From the IMG/VR virus record IMGVR_UViG_3300017909_004140, positions 1 to 64,000 of that record: a stretch of DNA of 64,000 nucleotides; one strand, written 5' to 3'. The stretch's first letter is position 1. Each line of letters starts with the position of its first letter. Shown here one piece after another: positions 1 to 8,962 of this stretch. Position numbers and translations under genes: made by a program. The notes under the pieces are model-generated. The model did no database searches, was not told the DNA's origin, and worked only from the letters and a program-made list of their open reading frames with translations. Origin of the DNA: a virus. Lineage: Duplodnaviria; Caudoviricetes.

Positions 1-18
1 TAATTAAGGAGAAAATAA

Positions 19-1326
19 ATGAGTAACGAACAATTTTTATTGCCTGCCTTTTCTCGAACAGTTGCTCTATCAAGAAATGATTTTAATACTAGTTTTAGAG
101 CAGTAAGTAGACACTTTTACGGAGAAGAGCAACCTTTAGGAACAAACTTCAATGATGAAGGAAATACAGGCACTGTGCCTAACGGTATTTTTTGGAGACA
201 ATCAAAAGGCGGCAGATTATATATAAAAGACACAAATAACTCAAAACCTCCAACAGGAGGCACCGGAGCTTGGCCAGGTAACAACTTTAGTAGATATGGA
301 ATTGCTCTAAGTTTTGCTGATAGTCTCAGCACGATCGATATGAGAGACTATGAGATAGGAGAGCTTGTAGCAGTAGTTAACTCAAGTGATACTACGCAAA
401 CCAGCATTAGACGAGTATCTGATTCTGGACAAGGCGCTAGTGCTAACAATCGACTATATATGAGAACTTCAAATGGAGGAGCCCAGACAGGTTTTATTGA
501 TGTAGGTATTCCTTATCCAGGGTCAGTTAAACCTCATCATTTAGCTCTTGATGCAAAAGTAGAGCCTATGACTGATGATGCTGTTGATCTTGGTGATTAT
601 ACTTATAGATATAGAGATGCATACTTTTCAAACGCAGTATTGATTGGAAGTTCAGCAAGCCATATCTCATTAAACGCTACTGGAGGATTTCTACAACTAG
701 ATGGTGCACAATTTCAAGATGGAACCGCTTTAGCTCCTTCTGTAACTTTTGAGAATGATACTAATACCGGAGCATTTAGAATTGGAACTGATAATATTGG
801 TATTTCTACTGCTGGCAGTGTTCGTCTAGATGTAGATTCTAATAGTATTAACGCTAATGTTAATATTTTACCTACAACAACAGAGTCTATTGATGTTGGA
901 TCTTCTGGATTAAAGTTTAGAAATATGTATGCTAGTGGTGAGTTTTTTGGGCAGGCCACTACAGCAAAATACGCTGACTTGGCTGAGAAATATACCACAG
1001 AAGAAGAGTACCCTATCGGTACTATTATGGCAGTTTCTAAAGACTATGCCTACGAAACAGAATCTTGTTCAGGTTCTGCAGTGCCGATTGGTGTTATTTC
1101 AGAAAATCCTGCATTTAAGATGAATGCTGATACAGAAGGTCAATATATCGGTCTTAAGGGTCGAGTACCTGTCAGAGTAGTTGGTGAAGTTAAAAAAGGA
1201 GACCGAGTATACGCTTATAATGCAGGAGTAGGTAAAAATTCTGGAACCGGATCATTAGTCGGTATTGCTTTAGAAACAAATAATATAGAAGCAGAGAAAC
1301 TAGTAGAATGTGTTCTAAAAGTTTAG
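19..1326 (+). CDS. Tail fibre/tailspike-like virion protein with C-terminal intramolecular-chaperone-like domain
   Basis: Gly/Thr/Asn-rich body. C-terminal 'YADLAEKY...IGVISENPAFKMNA...GLKGRVPVRVVGEVKKGD' resembles phage fibre C-terminal chaperone/peptidase G2-type domains. AGGAG SD upstream. Confidence 0.6.
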   Translation: MSNEQFLLPAFSRTVALSRNDFNTSFRAVSRHFYGEEQPLGTNFNDEGNTGTVPNGIFWRQSKGGRLYIKDTNNSKPPTGGTGAWPGNNFSRYGIALSFADSLSTIDMRDYEIGELVAVVNSSDTTQTSIRRVSDSGQGASANNRLYMRTSNGGAQTGFIDVGIPYPGSVKPHHLALDAKVEPMTDDAVDLGDYTYRYRDAYFSNAVLIGSSASHISLNATGGFLQLDGAQFQDGTALAPSVTFENDTNTGAFRIGTDNIGISTAGSVRLDVDSNSINANVNILPTTTESIDVGSSGLKFRNMYASGEFFGQATTAKYADLAEKYTTEEEYPIGTIMAVSKDYAYETESCSGSAVPIGVISENPAFKMNADTEGQYIGLKGRVPVRVVGEVKKGDRVYAYNAGVGKNSGTGSLVGIALETNNIEAEKLVECVLKV

Positions 1327-1336
1327 AAAATAAAAC

Positions 1337-1365
1337 TTGCAATTCACTCTGCTGAGAAGTATAAT
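1337..1365 (+). promoter_or_regulatory. sigma70-type promoter, probably leaderless
   Basis: TTGCAA-N17-TATAAT, with the ATG at 1372 six nt after the -10 box. Confidence 0.7.
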
Positions 1366-1371
1366 ACTAGT

Positions 1372-1569
1372 ATGAAAAAGAAAGTAGGAAAATTTACCTT
1401 TATCAGACCTGTAGCGCCCCGTATCCCACGCGATGAAAAATTGCGTCGGCGAGCCACTAGCGGTAAACTCACACAGTCTGAGCTAGAGTCTTTTATAATA
1501 AAAAAGCGTAAAGAAGGTTACCCTATTAAATACTCAAAACCAATAGGATTTAAAAAGAGGAAAAGATGA
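1372..1569 (+). CDS. Small basic hypothetical protein
   Basis: 65 aa, very K/R-rich; ATGA overlap with the next gene. Confidence 0.7.
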   Translation: MKKKVGKFTFIRPVAPRIPRDEKLRRRATSGKLTQSELESFIIKKRKEGYPIKYSKPIGFKKRKR

Positions 1570-2210
1570 CTAAGATAAAAGATGGACATACAGATGTAGC
1601 TTCTTCTCGTAGAATGTGCCGTATGATTATGGAAGATGTTGCAGATATAATGAGAACTCTACCAGAAGCCGGAGAAGCCTCTCTACCTACTTGGTGGACA
1701 AATAAACTTGCAGTTTCGTCGGCATATTTAAATTCTGCTAGAGACTATTTACTATATTCGGCAGAGGAAGAAGATGAGACTTCTTCTCCTTTACAGCTTG
1801 TGGTAGATTTTGACTCTGATAAATCATCAGAAGAAGTACAGAGTGAAGAATTAGAAGTTGAAATATTAAAAGATGTTATGGACTATGGTAATCAAGTTTC
1901 TCATGGAGAATATACTACGCGCCATTTTGACATCTGCCCTTCAGCTGTTGCACTCTATTCTGAAATCAATGACAAAACAGAGATGGTACATCTTGTAGTA
2001 GAATCAATGATGCTACATGATATGTTGTTTAAAATTGAAAAACAAGCTATTGCGATGGACACTGCTGATACTGATACTGTCCAAAAAGCACAACACTATG
2101 CTGATATGATTATGGAGCTTGCACAACAAATGAATTTAGTTGATGAACATTCCTATATCGAAGATGTGCATATGGCAAAAATCAAAGAAATTGCCAGCAA
2201 GGAAGATTAA
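1566..2210 (+). CDS. Hypothetical acidic protein
   Basis: 214-aa ORF, coupled to the upstream gene. Confidence 0.75.
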   Translation: MTKIKDGHTDVASSRRMCRMIMEDVADIMRTLPEAGEASLPTWWTNKLAVSSAYLNSARDYLLYSAEEEDETSSPLQLVVDFDSDKSSEEVQSEELEVEILKDVMDYGNQVSHGEYTTRHFDICPSAVALYSEINDKTEMVHLVVESMMLHDMLFKIEKQAIAMDTADTDTVQKAQHYADMIMELAQQMNLVDEHSYIEDVHMAKIKEIASKED

Positions 2211-2217
2211 TTTACAT

Positions 2218-2772
2218 ATGAAAAATCTAATTATAGTATTACTCGCTGTAATATTTTCGTTCAGCGCTAATGCTCAAACTACGTCAACTGTAACAACTGA
2301 TTCGACTTCAAACTCATCAGTTAATACAGATGCTGAGTCTCGAACTATTGTGATTTCTCCACCTCCAAGTGCGATATCACCTGGTGTTGGCTCTTCGTCA
2401 TCTGATTTATGTACAGTTGGTGTATCTGGAGCAGTACAAACTCAAATACTTGGTATCTCTACCGGCGAAATGGTTCGTGATGAAAATTGTGAGCGTTTAA
2501 AAATATCTAAAACATTATACGATATGGGAATGAAAGTTGCAGCTGTATCTGTGCTTTGTCAAGATCGTAGAGTGTATGATGCTATGGAAATGGCAGGAAC
2601 ACCTTGCCCATTTTTAGGAGAGATTGGAGATAGAGCGTCTGATCAGTGGAAAGCAAACCCTCATAGAATACCTGTTGTAGAAGAAAGGGAGACAAAAGAA
2701 GATGTTCAAAAACGTAATGCAGCGGTTGCTGCTGGCGGCATTTCTCTCGCTCTCTTACTGCTCCTCCTCTAA
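2218..2772 (+). CDS. Exported Cys-containing protein with C-terminal membrane anchor
   Basis: Signal peptide MKNLIIVLLAVIFSFSANA (start moved to 2218), four Cys, hydrophobic C-terminus LALLLLLL. Confidence 0.75.
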   Translation: MKNLIIVLLAVIFSFSANAQTTSTVTTDSTSNSSVNTDAESRTIVISPPPSAISPGVGSSSSDLCTVGVSGAVQTQILGISTGEMVRDENCERLKISKTLYDMGMKVAAVSVLCQDRRVYDAMEMAGTPCPFLGEIGDRASDQWKANPHRIPVVEERETKEDVQKRNAAVAAGGISLALLLLLL

Positions 2773-4504
2773 TGCCGTACTAGGAACAAGCGACTGTTCT
2801 ACTGACGGAACTACTAACTTCGTTAGCGGCACATCTTGTGCTGAAGACCCTAATACTCATGCGCAAACTGAGCTGCAAATATTTGATGGCGGCGGACCAC
2901 ATCAACAATCAGACTTCTGGAGCGGAAATCAAGGGGCAGGTACTGGAATCTATAATGGCGGTAACAATAATGTCCAGATTCTACTACATGGCGAATCTAT
3001 AAATGGTGATGCCTATTGGACCTATAGCTCTCAAATTGTTTCAGCACTTCTTCAACAGTTAACTGGGATCAAGGTTGATGGATTTGCATACTCTTGGGAG
3101 TATAAAAAATCTGATGATGCATTTGCTTCAGATGGCAGGTGTCATGGCCAGGTACCCAACCGTATGATGATGGGCTGTGATGATAAACTTGAGATTAGCT
3201 TTACTATAAAAGATAGTAGTGGTACCGCTGTTATAACTGATACTTTTAATTATGACTCAAATAATACAGATGGTGTGTGGTACACTGAAAGCGGTTTAAG
3301 TTGGTTTAACAGTCAACTTGGATTCGGCACTGACATTGCAAGTTTTGATATCTCTATTACAGGCGGTGACGGCGGTGATGGAGGTTGGCAAAATGGAGGT
3401 AGCTTCTTTGCCGGGCCTGCAGTAAGAAGAATGACTGGAGATATTATATTTAGTTCGGATATTTGTGCCATCAATGCTTTACATGATCCAACTTGTCCAG
3501 GCTATGCTACTGCGTTGTTTAATCAACAATGCACCGCGAACCCACTTTATGACCCAGCTTGTCCAGGATATGCTGCAGCTCTGCTTAACCAACAGTGTAC
3601 AGCAAATCCTCTTTATGATCCAGCTTGTCCAGGGTATCAAACTGCCTATTATAATCAGCAGTGCACTAATGACCCTACATCAGATCCAGGTTGTCCAGAT
3701 TACTATGTAGCGATGTGTAAAGAAGATCCGCTTTTTGACCCAGGCTGTCAAGGATATGATGTAGCATACTTTAATCAACAGTGTTCTTTAGACCCACAGT
3801 ATGATACAACCTGTCCTGGGTATATTGATTTATCAGGTAATGATGCAGAGTTTACAGTATTATCTCCCGTTATTGATGATGTAGTAAACGCTGACCCAGT
3901 TGAGCCTCAACTTTATGAGACTCCTGAGAACACTTTACCACAAGAAAGCTTAGTAGCAAAACAAGAACAGACTGAGCCAGATACAGGATTTCAAACTGTT
4001 GACGACGATATAGACGAAGAGTTAGGCGAGTTAGAAATGTTAGATGACATTGATGAGGAACTTGCTAAACTAGAAGAGTCTGGAGATCAAGGAGATGATG
4101 GTGAAGCAGGTGTTGGTAATACTGCTCAAGAAGATGACATAGAAGCAGAGCTAGCTGAGTTGGAAAGATCAAAGCCGCTAGACGAGCAACCAGCTCCAGG
4201 TAAAGCAAAGCCCATCGATCCAGAAGATTCAAGACGAGATAAAATGAGACTGCTGATTGCTATGAAAGCAGTTGAAGCTGTAAAAGAGTTAGAAGCCGCA
4301 ACTACTCTAGAGCAACAAATGGAAGTTCAGCGCAGACTACTTGCATTAATCAGCTTTGTCCCAGATTTTAACTCATACGCAAAAAAAGAACAGATAAATC
4401 AGGTAAACTTCTATCCGCCAAAACCAACTGTTGATCATGCATACGCAAGATGGTTTTTAAATGATCCAAACTTTGGGGCGCTCGAAGATTTACAATATCA
4501 ATAG
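2717..4504 (+). CDS. Exported protein with six Cys-rich repeats and an acidic linker
   Basis: Signal-peptide-like N-terminus; six C-x9-C-x-[GD]-Y repeats; D/E-rich region. Confidence 0.8.
   Translation: MQRLLLAAFLSLSYCSSSNAVLGTSDCSTDGTTNFVSGTSCAEDPNTHAQTELQIFDGGGPHQQSDFWSGNQGAGTGIYNGGNNNVQILLHGESINGDAYWTYSSQIVSALLQQLTGIKVDGFAYSWEYKKSDDAFASDGRCHGQVPNRMMMGCDDKLEISFTIKDSSGTAVITDTFNYDSNNTDGVWYTESGLSWFNSQLGFGTDIASFDISITGGDGGDGGWQNGGSFFAGPAVRRMTGDIIFSSDICAINALHDPTCPGYATALFNQQCTANPLYDPACPGYAAALLNQQCTANPLYDPACPGYQTAYYNQQCTNDPTSDPGCPDYYVAMCKEDPLFDPGCQGYDVAYFNQQCSLDPQYDTTCPGYIDLSGNDAEFTVLSPVIDDVVNADPVEPQLYETPENTLPQESLVAKQEQTEPDTGFQTVDDDIDEELGELEMLDDIDEELAKLEESGDQGDDGEAGVGNTAQEDDIEAELAELERSKPLDEQPAPGKAKPIDPEDSRRDKMRLLIAMKAVEAVKELEAATTLEQQMEVQRRLLALISFVPDFNSYAKKEQINQVNFYPPKPTVDHAYARWFLNDPNFGALEDLQYQ
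3464..3823 (+). repeat. Intragenic tandem repeat, ~66-bp (22-aa) unit, CTANPLYDPACPGY type, six copies
   Basis: Directly visible in the translation and in the DNA (gacccagcttgtccagga and variants). Confidence 0.9.
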
Positions 4505-4513
4505 GAGAATGCA

Positions 4514-5122
4514 ATGGCTGAAGTAGAATACGGGGGAGTAAAACTTACTGGCAGTAAACTATTTATGATTATTCCACTAGTGTCTATGTTAGGCGGTGGT
4601 CTTTGGGGAGGCTTTGAGTTCTACAAAGACTATATGGATATGAAAGAAAAGATTCAAACCTATGAAGCACCAGATCTTAGTGATATTCGACAAAACATTG
4701 CTGTAATGAGAGAGCACCAAAACACAGTAGAAGCGCATATGGAGTTTGTTGAAAAAGAGCTACAGCTTTTTAAAGATGAGTTTACTAACGTAAGAACTGG
4801 TCAGCAAGATAATACAGACTATTTAAGAGATACTAAACATGATCTAAAAGAAGAGATGGTACGTATCGAAAAGTATCTTGATCGCGTTGAAGATGATATT
4901 GATGCAGTAGAGCTTGAACTTGATATCACACTTGAAGAGGCAGATAAAACAGCCTCTGGTAATAGAGACTATGTAAGAGAGTTTATTGATGATACAGATA
5001 AGCGATACGATGATAAGATTAGCGGTCTTGAAGGATATGTGAAGCGTGAACTTGAAAACTTAGAAGATCGCTTAAACGATAAGCTAACAAAAGCGCTAGA
5101 CAATCCGCTAGCAAATAGATAA
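4514..5122 (+). CDS. Membrane-anchored coiled-coil protein
   Basis: N-terminal TM segment (LFMIIPLVSMLGGGLWGGF) followed by a long heptad-like D/E/K/L region; AGGAG SD. Confidence 0.8.
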   Translation: MAEVEYGGVKLTGSKLFMIIPLVSMLGGGLWGGFEFYKDYMDMKEKIQTYEAPDLSDIRQNIAVMREHQNTVEAHMEFVEKELQLFKDEFTNVRTGQQDNTDYLRDTKHDLKEEMVRIEKYLDRVEDDIDAVELELDITLEEADKTASGNRDYVREFIDDTDKRYDDKISGLEGYVKRELENLEDRLNDKLTKALDNPLANR

Positions 5123-5132
5123 GGAGCTTTAA

Positions 5133-5345
5133 ATGCCTTTAAAACGTGGAAAATCTAAGAAAACAATTTCTGCTAATATAAAAGAGTTGATGAAAAAGAC
5201 TCCCTCAAAAGCTAGATCTAAAGCTATTGGTACACTAGCAAAGCGCACTGGCGAATCTAGAGCAGATGCTCGCCGTAGGCAGGCAGTAGCAATCGCACTC
5301 AGCGCGGCAGGAAAGTCTCGTACCCCTCGTAAAAAGAAAAAGTGA
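5133..5345 (+). CDS. Small basic protein
   Basis: 70 aa K/R-rich (MPLKRGKSKKTISANIKEL...QAVAIALSAAGKS); AGGAG SD. Confidence 0.8.
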   Translation: MPLKRGKSKKTISANIKELMKKTPSKARSKAIGTLAKRTGESRADARRRQAVAIALSAAGKSRTPRKKKK

Positions 5346-5357
5346 AAAATTTTAGAT

Positions 5358-5386
5358 TTGACCTTTGCTGAAATCTGTGTTACTAT
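5358..5386 (+). promoter_or_regulatory. sigma70-type promoter
   Basis: TTGACC-N17-TACTAT. Confidence 0.6.
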
Positions 5387-5496
5387 ACCTTTGAACCTAA
5401 ATTCAATCTACACAAAATTTTATTTTTACGCAATTGAACATAGAATGAACATGGCACGAACCTAGTGCACACAACTCTGTCACGGAGTGACATCAC

Positions 5497-5523
5497 GCGG
5501 GAACGTAGTTCCCGCTATTTTTT
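5497..5523 (+). terminator. Intrinsic terminator
   Basis: GCGGGAAC-GTA-GTTCCCGC followed by a T-rich tail. Confidence 0.7.
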
Positions 5524-5558
5524 ATACACGCTCGAACTATGCCTAAAAGGAGGATACG

Positions 5559-5732
5559 ATGGCTAAACATAAAAAAATGCCTATGAAAGACGGTAAACCA
5601 GCTTTTCTAGCTAAAAATGCTTCTAAAAAAGCTGCACCTAAAAAAGCGGCTAATGGTTTGACTGCCGCACAGAAAAAACTACCTCTAGCTCTACAAAGAG
5701 CTATCTTAAAAAAGAAAAAAAGTAAGAAGTAA
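5559..5732 (+). CDS. Lys/Ala-rich small basic protein (57 aa; not in ORF track)
   Basis: AGGAGG SD; MAKHKKMPMKDGKPAFLAKNASKKAAPKKAANGLTAAQKKLPLALQRAILKKKKSKK. Confidence 0.8.
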   Translation: MAKHKKMPMKDGKPAFLAKNASKKAAPKKAANGLTAAQKKLPLALQRAILKKKKSKK

Positions 5733-6329
5733 TTGATATTAACAGAAGACCAAGTTTGGGAAAATTTAGATCCTGATGATATGTGGATCTACGATAAACT
5801 TATTCTTTCTAAAAAACTAGGCTATCAGTGCGGTCCAGTAGGTATTGACGTTTATAATCCTGGGTGGTATATAGTTAGGCCTGTGATAAATTTATTTGGC
5901 TTAGGTTACGGAGCTGAAAAAGTTTGGATAGATAAAGATAGTGACGACTTACCGATTGGGTACTTTTGGTGTGAGTGGTTTGAAGGCAGACATTTATCTG
6001 TAGACTATAGTTTTGGTAAACAAATACTGTGTGTAGAAGGATTTAAAGAGTCTGATACTTTAATGTTTTGGGACTCTTGGGAAGAAACTGAAGATATAAT
6101 TCCTTTACCCGACATACTAAAGCCTATTGCAGAAAAACAAGAAATATTAAACTGTGAGTATATCGGGGACAATCTTATAGAGTGTCAATTAAGAAATAAC
6201 CCTGATTTTCAGTATGATAATTCAGTTTTTATTCCTGTCTGGGAAAATCAAAGCACTAATCCTCCAGAAGGATATACTTATGTAGAATCTCCTGAGTTGC
6301 ATGGTAGAATAGGAGCCTTTATAAAATGA
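5733..6329 (+). CDS. Putative ATP-grasp-fold protein
   Basis: YIVRPVINLFGLG (VKP-like), CEWFEG (QE-x-x-x-G-like) and EYIGDNLIECQLR (E-x-N-x-R-like) occur in ATP-grasp order. Confidence 0.45.
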   Translation: MILTEDQVWENLDPDDMWIYDKLILSKKLGYQCGPVGIDVYNPGWYIVRPVINLFGLGYGAEKVWIDKDSDDLPIGYFWCEWFEGRHLSVDYSFGKQILCVEGFKESDTLMFWDSWEETEDIIPLPDILKPIAEKQEILNCEYIGDNLIECQLRNNPDFQYDNSVFIPVWENQSTNPPEGYTYVESPELHGRIGAFIK

Positions 6330-6460
6330 TTAAAAAACTAAAAGAAATGTTTAAATCAAAAGAGCAAAAAACCGCTGAAAAAGAGTGGGAAGACTCTGTG
6401 AGGGCTAAATTTGTTGAGAGAATGAACAAAAGGAAAGAAAATGCCAAAAAAGAGAACTAA
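6326..6460 (+). CDS. Small charged hypothetical protein (44 aa; not in ORF track)
   Basis: ATGA overlap with the upstream stop, AGGAG upstream, fills the gap to 6441. Confidence 0.55.
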   Translation: MIKKLKEMFKSKEQKTAEKEWEDSVRAKFVERMNKRKENAKKEN

Positions 6461-6626
6461 GTCTAGAGTAAATGAAGCAGGTAACTATACCAAACCAACT
6501 ATGAGAAAAAGACTATTTCAGCGTATTAAAGCAGGAGGAAAAGGCGGCAGGCCTGGTCAATGGAGCGCTAGAAAAGCTCAAATGTTAGCTGCTGCATATA
6601 AACGCGCAGGAGGAGGGTATAGATAA
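6441..6626 (+). CDS. Small basic protein
   Basis: 61 aa; NYTKP...GGKGGRPGQWSARKAQML...GGGY motif familiar from marine virus small basic proteins. Confidence 0.8.
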   Translation: MPKKRTKSRVNEAGNYTKPTMRKRLFQRIKAGGKGGRPGQWSARKAQMLAAAYKRAGGGYR

Positions 6627-6889
6627 TGGCACTTAAAAAATCTCAATCATCACTAAAAAGATGGACAGAACAAAAATGGCAATACTCGAGCAAAGATGAA
6701 AGTAAGAAGCCTCGATCTAAAAGAGGGCGTTACTTACCAAAAGCTGCTTGGGATTCTCTATCTCCTGGCGAAAAGCGCGCCACTAATGCTGCTAAACGCA
6801 AAGGAACTAAAAAAGGTAAACAGTTTGTAAAACAGCCTAAAAAGATTGCTAAAAAGACAAAAACATATAGAAAAGGAGTGGGAGGCTGA
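6626..6889 (+). CDS. Small basic protein
   Basis: 87 aa K/R-rich; TAATG coupling. Confidence 0.8.
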   Translation: MALKKSQSSLKRWTEQKWQYSSKDESKKPRSKRGRYLPKAAWDSLSPGEKRATNAAKRKGTKKGKQFVKQPKKIAKKTKTYRKGVGG

Positions 6890-7194
6890 TGGCTCCTCGT
6901 ATTCCAAGAAAGAAAGGACAGAGAGCTAACTCTAAAAAGCACTCTGATTTATATACTGATGAAAATCCTAAAGGCACTATTAAAGGTTTGGGCTTTGCTA
7001 AAGTTAAAGACGCTCGCTCTTCTGTGGCTAAAATTAAAGCTTCTAGTAGGAGTCATGCGCATAAAACGCAAGCAGCGATAGCAATGGAACAACGTGCTAG
7101 AGTAGCGGGTAAGAAAACCGCTGCTGGCATATATAGAAAGTTTATAAATGAGCAAAAACGCATCACTGCAAAAAAGAAAAAAACCAAAAATTAA
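6889..7194 (+). CDS. Small basic protein
   Basis: 101 aa; HSDLYTDENPKGTIKGLGF motif; TGATG coupling, GGAGG SD. Confidence 0.8.
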   Translation: MAPRIPRKKGQRANSKKHSDLYTDENPKGTIKGLGFAKVKDARSSVAKIKASSRSHAHKTQAAIAMEQRARVAGKKTAAGIYRKFINEQKRITAKKKKTKN

Positions 7195-7342
7195 CTTAGC
7201 AGAGCTATTACGTAAATATAAGTCTGGTAAATCAATTGGTTCAACTAACCGAGCCAGGCTTGTGGCTCGTGGAATGATTCCACGAAAATCTGGCCCTCAT
7301 AAGGGTAAAAAAATCGACCTTGGTCGGAGAGGAAAATCATAA
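7148..7342 (+). CDS. Small basic protein
   Basis: 64 aa K/R-rich, in line with neighbours. Confidence 0.65.
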   Translation: MSKNASLQKRKKPKINLAELLRKYKSGKSIGSTNRARLVARGMIPRKSGPHKGKKIDLGRRGKS

Positions 7343-7398
7343 TGGCTATGAAAAAAGGTGGAAAAAGAGGCGGAAATAGAGGCGGTAAGCGTAAATAA
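7342..7398 (+). CDS. 18-aa RGG-rich basic peptide (not in ORF track)
   Basis: TAATG coupling with GGAGAGG upstream; MAMKKGGKRGGNRGGKRK. Confidence 0.55.
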   Translation: MAMKKGGKRGGNRGGKRK

Positions 7399-7723
7399 TA
7401 TTGACTGGTCCTCGTACTTTGTCTCAATAGTTTCAGTATGCCCCTGGAGCGGGGCATACTGGCGAAAACAAAAAATTGATATTAAACCTTGGAAAAGTGA
7501 AATTATACCTCTAGATGATTATGTCGCTAGAATATATATTCACAAAAATGCAAGTGGAAGACAGCTTAAAAAAATAATGGAGCGTATGAATGATACTAGG
7601 CCAGAAGAAGAATGGTTATTTAGCCACCCTATGTATGGAGGCCATTCTACACCAGTTCCTATATTAATACAACAGGATTTAGAGATATTAACTAAAGCTA
7701 GAAGAGGAAAAGCAACTAAATAG
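7358..7723 (+). CDS. Hypothetical protein (start uncertain)
   Basis: 121-aa ORF containing VCPWS and FSHP motifs. Confidence 0.65.
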   Translation: MEKEAEIEAVSVNNIDWSSYFVSIVSVCPWSGAYWRKQKIDIKPWKSEIIPLDDYVARIYIHKNASGRQLKKIMERMNDTRPEEEWLFSHPMYGGHSTPVPILIQQDLEILTKARRGKATK

Positions 7724-7763
7724 CATAAAGATAAGGATGCAAATAGGATGAAGGAATACGGAT

Positions 7764-8246
7764 GTGATTGATCCAGTAACGGCAGTAGCTACAGCAACAG
7801 CAGCATTTAATACTATTAAAAGCGCTTTTGCCGCAGGTAGAGACATTGAATCTATGGCAGGAGATTTAGGTCGCTGGATGGGTGCAGTAAGTGATATTAA
7901 AAAAGCAGAAGAGTATAGTAAAAAACCTCCTCTGTTTAAAAAACTTTTTGCGTCAGGCTCTGTCGAAGAAGAAGCTATGCAAGTCTTCATGGCTAAGAAA
8001 AAAGCTGAAGACATGCGAGAGCAACTTAGACAAATTATTATATTTTCGAGAGGCCCTTCTGCTTGGGATGAGCTTATTAAGACTGAAGCAGATATTAGGA
8101 AAAAAAGACAAGCAGCTATTTACGCTCAACAAGAAAGAAGACAAAAAGTGCTTGAGTACTGTGCTATTGGGGTATTAGTTTGTTTAGTGGCTGCTGCTTT
8201 AGCCGGTCTTGTTTGGTTAGCCATGTTACAGAGAGGTGTGATTTAA
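7764..8246 (+). CDS. Membrane protein with C-terminal TM helix
   Basis: MIDPVTAVATATAAF N-terminus, coiled coil, C-terminal hydrophobic segment. Confidence 0.8.
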   Translation: MIDPVTAVATATAAFNTIKSAFAAGRDIESMAGDLGRWMGAVSDIKKAEEYSKKPPLFKKLFASGSVEEEAMQVFMAKKKAEDMREQLRQIIIFSRGPSAWDELIKTEADIRKKRQAAIYAQQERRQKVLEYCAIGVLVCLVAAALAGLVWLAMLQRGVI

Positions 8247-8247
8247 G

Positions 8248-8463
8248 TTGTTATTGTTCTTTTTTATGACTTGGGTAGTTTTTGTAGTCATATTATTTGG
8301 ATGGTTAGTATGGCTAGAAAATCAAATGGAAAATATACCTGAAGAACCTGAAACTGACTTAGAGGCTAAATGTCGATCTATAAAAATGATGTTAGCACAA
8401 AAAGAGCGAGAAAGAAGAGAAAATGATTCACGCGTTCCTGCTAATTCTGCTCTTGGGGGATAG
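8248..8463 (+). CDS. Small membrane protein
   Basis: N-terminal hydrophobic segment. Confidence 0.55.
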   Translation: MLLFFFMTWVVFVVILFGWLVWLENQMENIPEEPETDLEAKCRSIKMMLAQKERERRENDSRVPANSALGG

Positions 8464-8647
8464 ACCGGTAGCAGGACCACCAATGTACTGGAGAAATATA
8501 GAAGATTGTAACTGGTATGCAAGTCAGCTCGTAAAAAGATATGGAAACTACTCTTATAAGTATTTAGTACCTAAAGAACATAGAGCTACTGCATATTGTA
8601 AGCCTGTTTATATAAATGCTGATACCCCAACACTATACGATCATTAA
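8423..8647 (+). CDS. Small exported protein with two Cys
   Basis: Hydrophobic N-terminus; DCNWYA...TAYCKP. Confidence 0.65.
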   Translation: MIHAFLLILLLGDRPVAGPPMYWRNIEDCNWYASQLVKRYGNYSYKYLVPKEHRATAYCKPVYINADTPTLYDH

Positions 8648-8679
8648 GTGGGCAAATTCTCAACTTTTAAATTAAATAT

Positions 8680-8708
8680 TTGTCAACTGCTGTAAAATAT
8701 TAGATAAT
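8680..8708 (+). promoter_or_regulatory. sigma70-type promoter, probably leaderless
   Basis: TTGTCA-N17-GATAAT, with the ATG at 8715 six nt after the -10 box. Confidence 0.6.
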
Positions 8709-8714
8709 ATAAGC

Positions 8715-8960
8715 ATGAGAATAAGAAGAAAAGTAAGTAACGGAACAAAGGTTTGGGAGAGAATGTCTTCAGATGTGAAAGCATTTGATAGGCCTCCTGT
8801 ATGTGCATTTTACACTCCTATGGGTAGAATGGTTACTAGACCTCATAGAGGAAGACCTAGTGGTTCTGGATTAACAGAGGAAGAATGGTGTGCATATTAT
8901 ACACCTTTTAAAAACCAAGCAATGAGTAGAAGAGATTTCTACAAAAGAAAAAGGAGATAG
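8715..8960 (+). CDS. Small basic hypothetical protein
   Basis: 81 aa, R-rich. Confidence 0.7.
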   Translation: MRIRRKVSNGTKVWERMSSDVKAFDRPPVCAFYTPMGRMVTRPHRGRPSGSGLTEEEWCAYYTPFKNQAMSRRDFYKRKRR

Positions 8961-8962
8961 AC

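Noticed and set aside
3464-3823. CRISPR-like array (~66-bp periodicity)
   Set aside because: The repeats are in-frame protein repeats varying at synonymous positions, with no unique spacers
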